64,000 nucleotides of DNA, from NCBI GenBank assembly GCA_030704615.1, contig CM060733.1, forward strand, positions 20,150,001 to 20,214,000, given 5' to 3'. This document shows positions 58,960 to 64,000 of this stretch, in pieces; position 1 is the stretch's first letter, and each line of letters opens with the position of its first letter. Below the pieces are notes generated by a model, which was not told the origin of the DNA, did no database searches, and was given only the letters and a program-made list of their open reading frames with translations. Made by a program: the position numbers and the translations under genes. Source of the stretch: Takakia lepidozioides. Its lineage: Eukaryota; Plantae; Bryophyta.

Positions 58960-59490
58960 CTTGAAGGCATTTCCACATGGAGTGTGTCGACCAGAGAAGA
59001 GCTATAAAAACTGACTCCTCGTTCTTAAACAGAGCCTCCACATCAAACTCCTTGCTCCAGTCAGCTACAATTGCAGATTTGGCATGCTCACTGACCTCCC
59101 GCATAGGTGGCCCACTGTGTAGTACGGGATTTTTCCTGCCATCGAAACAGGAATGTCAGTTCCAAGAATCTTCTCGAAGAGTCACCAAAGTAACTGTGGA
59201 TTCTTGGCTTGCATTTGAAACGTATATAAGTGGTTTTACTGTAAAAGGAATTGTACATGTATCCCTAGTAATGCTGAAGATGTTGAGCTGGGTTACACAG
59301 GACTGAGACCTTCATTCCAGTCGTGAAGCACAATACGTGCAATTGCAACAGTGTCACCCACTCCCCCCTTTTTGAGCTTTCCACGCACCGTAAATTTTGC
59401 AAGAACTCATCAACATACGGTTGAACTTGGCAACCTTGTAAGTTGACATCAGCTTCTCCGCAGGACACAGCTGCAATATCTGCTTCACTG
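58960..59490 (-). pseudogene. C-terminal fragment of a nucleostemin-like GTPase (NSN1/GNL3), two exons, frameshifted
   Basis: KQILQLCPAEKLMSTYKV / VDEFL / GKLKKGG..ARIVLHDWNEG, an intron, then KIPYYT..PP...WSKEFDV. Confidence 0.8.
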
Positions 59491-61932
59491 TCAAAAAAAA
59501 TAAAACCAACTTGTGGTCAAATTAGAGTTGATGGATGTGTTTTCATCCCCCATTGCTGGAAATCCTAATATTGGTGACCATTTCTATCTCTGCCTCTTGT
59601 GTGTGTTGCTTGTGTTTGTAGTCAGGTGATGTCGGATTGGTCTGTGAGAACCACCACGGTGTAGCTGAGCAGGCAGAGATGGAAACACGGCCTGCTAAGA
59701 CCAAGCTGACTCTCCCAAGAACCTTGTAAACATTAGGAAGAATACCAAATCATGGTACTAACAGGAGCCAAGAGCCCACATTTGCATCTGCGATCGGTGT
59801 GTGAAACAAATCCCTCCGCACTCCACAAATCATGCATACACCCTCGCCTTGCCTCGATTGTTCCACAAATCCCTCCGCACTCCAAAAATCACGCATCCTC
59901 GCCTTGCCTTGATGCTTCTCCTCGTCTCTGTTATCTGTGAAAAACCCGAGATCCGTGTGTGAAACCCGTCAGCGCTCAAGCCATCATCGTCACTTCCCCG
60001 CGCTTCCCCGCGCCGCCGGTTATTTTTGGGCATTTCGGGCAGGTTTCAAAGAAATTGACGACGACGATGACCTGGCTACGATGACGTGAGTACGATGAAG
60101 TGGCGACAAAACGTGGCACTATGGCACCCTATTCCTGCTCTACGCTAAACTAACTTCCGACCTTTGGTCGGAAGCTAGAACTTCAGTTGGCGTCATATAT
60201 ATATATGTATACCTATACATCTCTTTAAAAATATTATATTAAACGGAACTTGGGAAACTTCGACGGATGCTTCCTCCCCTTTGATTTAAAAAAGAAAAAA
60301 AAAACTGTCAATACGTTGGGAGACTGACGGACCTGCCAGCCCCGTCACCCACATACCAGACTTTTCATCCATTTCTTACAATGAAAATGATATAATTTCT
60401 AACAACCCGTTGATTTTTAATTATGTATATAGAGATAATAGGGCCCACCCGGCTCTGAAAAGGTACTTAAAAAAAAACAAAAAAAAAAGGTACAATAGCC
60501 GAACGGTGAAATGGCTTTTTGGGCAGGTTTGGGCATTCAAGGCTCTACATAAACGTATTTTCTTTATTTACATAAATACAAATATATAAACACAACTTAT
60601 CATGAAATGCACACTTCCCGCATGACAGGCCTTTTCACTCACAGCGATGATGTCTTACGCGTGTGAGGGTAGGCTAACCTCCAAAACCCAAAATGAATGA
60701 CCTGCTCCATGATCAAGGGAACGTAAAGGGAACGGTACCCGGCGCTCTCGAACGCTCTAATTACCTGAGGGCACGCGATCTTGTGAATGCGGAACGGCCG
60801 GGTCCCGGGGTTTTTCCCCGGCCGGCGACGACCAACAGTGTCCGAGCAGAGAGACGAGGGATATTGCAAGGAGGAGAAAAAGGGTTATGGAATTGAGGGT
60901 GAGAGATTGGAGTCGTGGAATTTGTAGTAGATTGAGCTTCACATAATTTTGAGATCGTTTGTCTCCGTGGTCCTTAAAGTTCTCTCCCCTGTTCTCTGCC
61001 ATTTTCCCCCGTTGAACTTGTCTTTGATTCTCTGAGGTTTATGGATTTTGGTTCTGGATAACGGGACCGCCTTTAATGGACTCGGTCTTTTAGCTGCCCT
61101 TGCAGTATTTGAGATTGGGCTTGGTTTGTTGTGTTTTCCAACGGTTTCAGAAAATCTGAAGGATCTGCAGATTTTGAGGGAATTCCAAGTCGAGATGCTT
61201 TGCCAGTTTGTTTGGGTGGCAACATAGACGTTATGAGCCGGCGACCAAGTTTTCTTATAGAAGAAAAAAACTTCTGCAGATCAGTTCACGAGGTATTTGC
61301 CAATTGTACAGCTGCTTACACTGCTCACTTTCTTCTTCTCTGTGCACCACCCCACTGTTTTATTTCACACATGTAGATGTTAAACTGCGAACTGATTTAT
61401 TTTGTTGTTTGAAAACTCAATTTATGATGTTGACGAATGCAGGCAAGCAGATATTCTATGATATCGTCACTGGAACTCACACTGAAAGTCTCTACTGCAG
61501 ATTAGGTACCGATTCAACATTTTATTCTTTCTCGAGGGACGAATTGTTGAGTCTGTAGTCCAAATCCCGAGGCAGCTGAATTTAGAAACAGTATCAGTTC
61601 TCTAACATGAGTTTGCCACCTAGCTGAGGAAGACGTCCCTTTACTCTTTCTCCTCCTCTCTGTGTAGGTTTAGCTCTGGCTTCAGCATTGACATTGGTTG
61701 AAATGCCCGTGCACCAGATTCTGTTACCTAGTTTGTAAGAAATCCAATTGGACTACACTCACACGACCTCTACAAAGTTTCTCTCACATGAACCGGGAAG
61801 CTTACCCTATCCTATTTTGGCTTTTCTCAGTATCCGGTAAGCAATTTTAGCATCTTTGGTTACCAAAGTATTTTCCTGTCAAATTCTGCTGGAGCTCAAG
61901 CAGTACTTCATTTTGATACTACAGCTCCCACC

Positions 61933-63456
61933 ATGAGTATTAGAAAGTTGCATGCACCAGCAGCACTGGTAGTGTCAAGCTCTCGAGGCCTGGCTATGGA
62001 TGCTGGCAATCCCCACCTGCACCTTCCTGTTCCTCTCCACATGAGCCCCCTACCAGAGAGTTTGCTCTCTCCTGTTGACCCGGGTTTCTTAGAAGGTGCA
62101 TCATCTTTGGCTCGATTTGGCCTCGACATAGGAGGCACCCTTTGCAAAGTTGTGTTCTTCGAGCCAATAACACCAGTCGACGGTAATAATCTGTCCAAAA
62201 GGATGCTCAAGAGTAAACTTTCTCAAGTGAGCGCAGTTGGAGCAAATAGAGATGGAGGAGAAGTCAAGGGTCCTGGCAGGTTCTCTTCAGTGGAGTGCAA
62301 CTGTGGTGTACGAGGGAAGGCTTGCAGTGGAGACTGCAGTGGGAGAGAAGCATTTCCACGCTTTGAATCAGACATCCCTTCAAGAAATAATCATAGAATG
62401 GTCAATGAAACACAGGCAGATTCTCACAGGGGCTCAGCAATTTTCGGAGAGACATCCAAGAAACAAGAGGAAAACCTTCAATTCGGGAAGGCTGTAGTCG
62501 ACCCTCCTCATTGCAATGGGGAAACCAAAGTTTCAGGACATGAAGATATCTTTTCTGTAGGGAGGAAACCTGATAGCCCACCCCAGCTGCAAAAGGGGAT
62601 ACAAAGTGACAGTGAGAAGGGGAACCATGTGAGAAGTGGTGTGGCGGACTTGGTCGCATGCGAATGCAGCCGATCTTCCCCAAAGGCAAGGGATTTTATT
62701 ATGCTTCCTGCTAATCACAAAAAAGATGGGATCACAGGAGAGGGTGGCGGAGGAGAGGAAGTTCGTAGCAAGAAAGAGAGCTCTCAACGGCAGGCACAGA
62801 AGATATGGGTTTCAAGCCATGACCCAGTCTGCCTTCCCGGTCGTGGCACACTCTACTTCAAATGTTTTGGTTTGTCCAAACCTGCCATTGATATTACCTA
62901 TCCTTCCATCCTAGAAGACACCTTCGGGGACAATCTAAAAATCTCAGATGGAGGATAGAATTGCACAAGTGAGTTTTTTTGCTACACTACATGTCCGTTC
63001 TGTCTCTCCTGTAGTTTTAGTTTAGCTTCTAGCAACCTGGAGAAGAAGATGAAGAAGACTCCGACCCGAAGCCGGCGTAATTAAGAGCCACTTCGCCTGG
63101 CGGCTACTGTCACCTTTAGGGGTGGGTGAGCTCTATAAAGTGAATTTGACTACACCTAATTGGTTGGTTGGCTATTTGCTATCTTGTAGTTGTTGGTAAT
63201 AATTGCTTGTGAGGGAGCGGGTGGCTGTGTAGTTTGAAGTTGTTGGGTGAGGAGTCAACCAACCTGAACACGTAAGTGACCATGTTACTTAGTTCTACAT
63301 TGCACTTGCCACTGTTGCTGCCTAGATCTGTGTAGTCATCATTTTCTGATCTGGTAGTTGGTGGGCTGGTTTAGAAACTTGGAGGATGGAGGAGTTTCTC
63401 TCTTTAACGAAGGAGCATTCCCTGGTCACGAAAGGCAGAGCCCTTGGAGCCACTGG
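61933..63456 (+). CDS. Type II pantothenate kinase, 5' part. Exons 61933-62869 and 63375-63456; continues beyond the window.
   Basis: FGLDIGGTLCKVVFFEP (ASKHA phosphate-1 motif), GTLYFKCF|ETWRMEEFL...ALGATG. GT-AG junctions keep frame. Confidence 0.82.
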
Positions 63457-64000
63457 GTAAGTTTTGGTCTTATCCTTAGAGGTGCATCGCTCATGGTCCT
63501 CTGAAAGTTGGAAGCCAGTGGATCACACTCCTCAAAATTCAAGCTTGGCCCCACTTTTTTATCTTACACTATCACCCATGGATTTGAATAGTCTTGGCGC
63601 CTGCTCATCTCACCTCAAGAAGGAGGCTGGGGGATGATTGCATGGAGGCTGGCAGGGGTGGAGCTCGGAAGTTTGGAGATCAGTTCGTCCAGATTGCCGG
63701 CCTGCAGCTTCAACATGCTGATGAACTAAAAAGGTAGTCACTTCTCATGCAATAGCCTCCCTTTGTGGAAATTTCAGGGTGTCAGTCTCTTCATATTTCG
63801 CATGTAGCATTCAACCGCCAGCTTGGATATGGTGGTATATGGGGCGAGTAAGTGGAATTTGGGACAGGGACGATAGTCCTCGTTGAGAAGTTTTCGTTTG
63901 GCACTGAGCCTGTGATGGCTCCTCTTTTGTTGGAATGTGAAGTTTGGTGCGAGGCATTGATTTTCTTGCTAGGCATGCCTATCAAGAGAGCTTTGAATAC

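Overview
Eukaryotic nuclear DNA from a land plant. It is probably a non-seed plant such as a bryophyte, lycophyte or fern; this is inferred from the GT-AG introns, abundant PLS-class PPR remnants and TE types. Host genes are the 3' part of mitochondrial F1-ATPase beta (+), a frameshifted CYP71-clan P450 (+), an SRPBCC/polyketide-cyclase-like gene (-), cytosolic phosphoglucomutase (-) and the 5' part of a type II pantothenate kinase (+). The centre (29.06-50.84 kb) is a nest of transposons. The outer element is a degenerate Ty3/gypsy LTR retrotransposon whose polyprotein carries a DNMT3-like C5-cytosine methyltransferase between protease and RT and a PHD finger after integrase, with a candidate self-priming PBS. 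It is split by an 11.7-kb non-autonomous CACTA element (19-bp TIRs, TCC TSD) carrying captured PDF(OSB)-PPR gene pieces. That CACTA element is interrupted by a younger chromovirus (CTGTG TSD), and a solo LTR of the same chromovirus also sits in the outer element. A second chimeric cassette (NSN1 + nodulin-like MFS + PDF-PPR fragments) lies at 56-59.5 kb, and a second CACTA end with a PPR fragment lies at 6.1 kb. All coordinates and alignments were read by eye.
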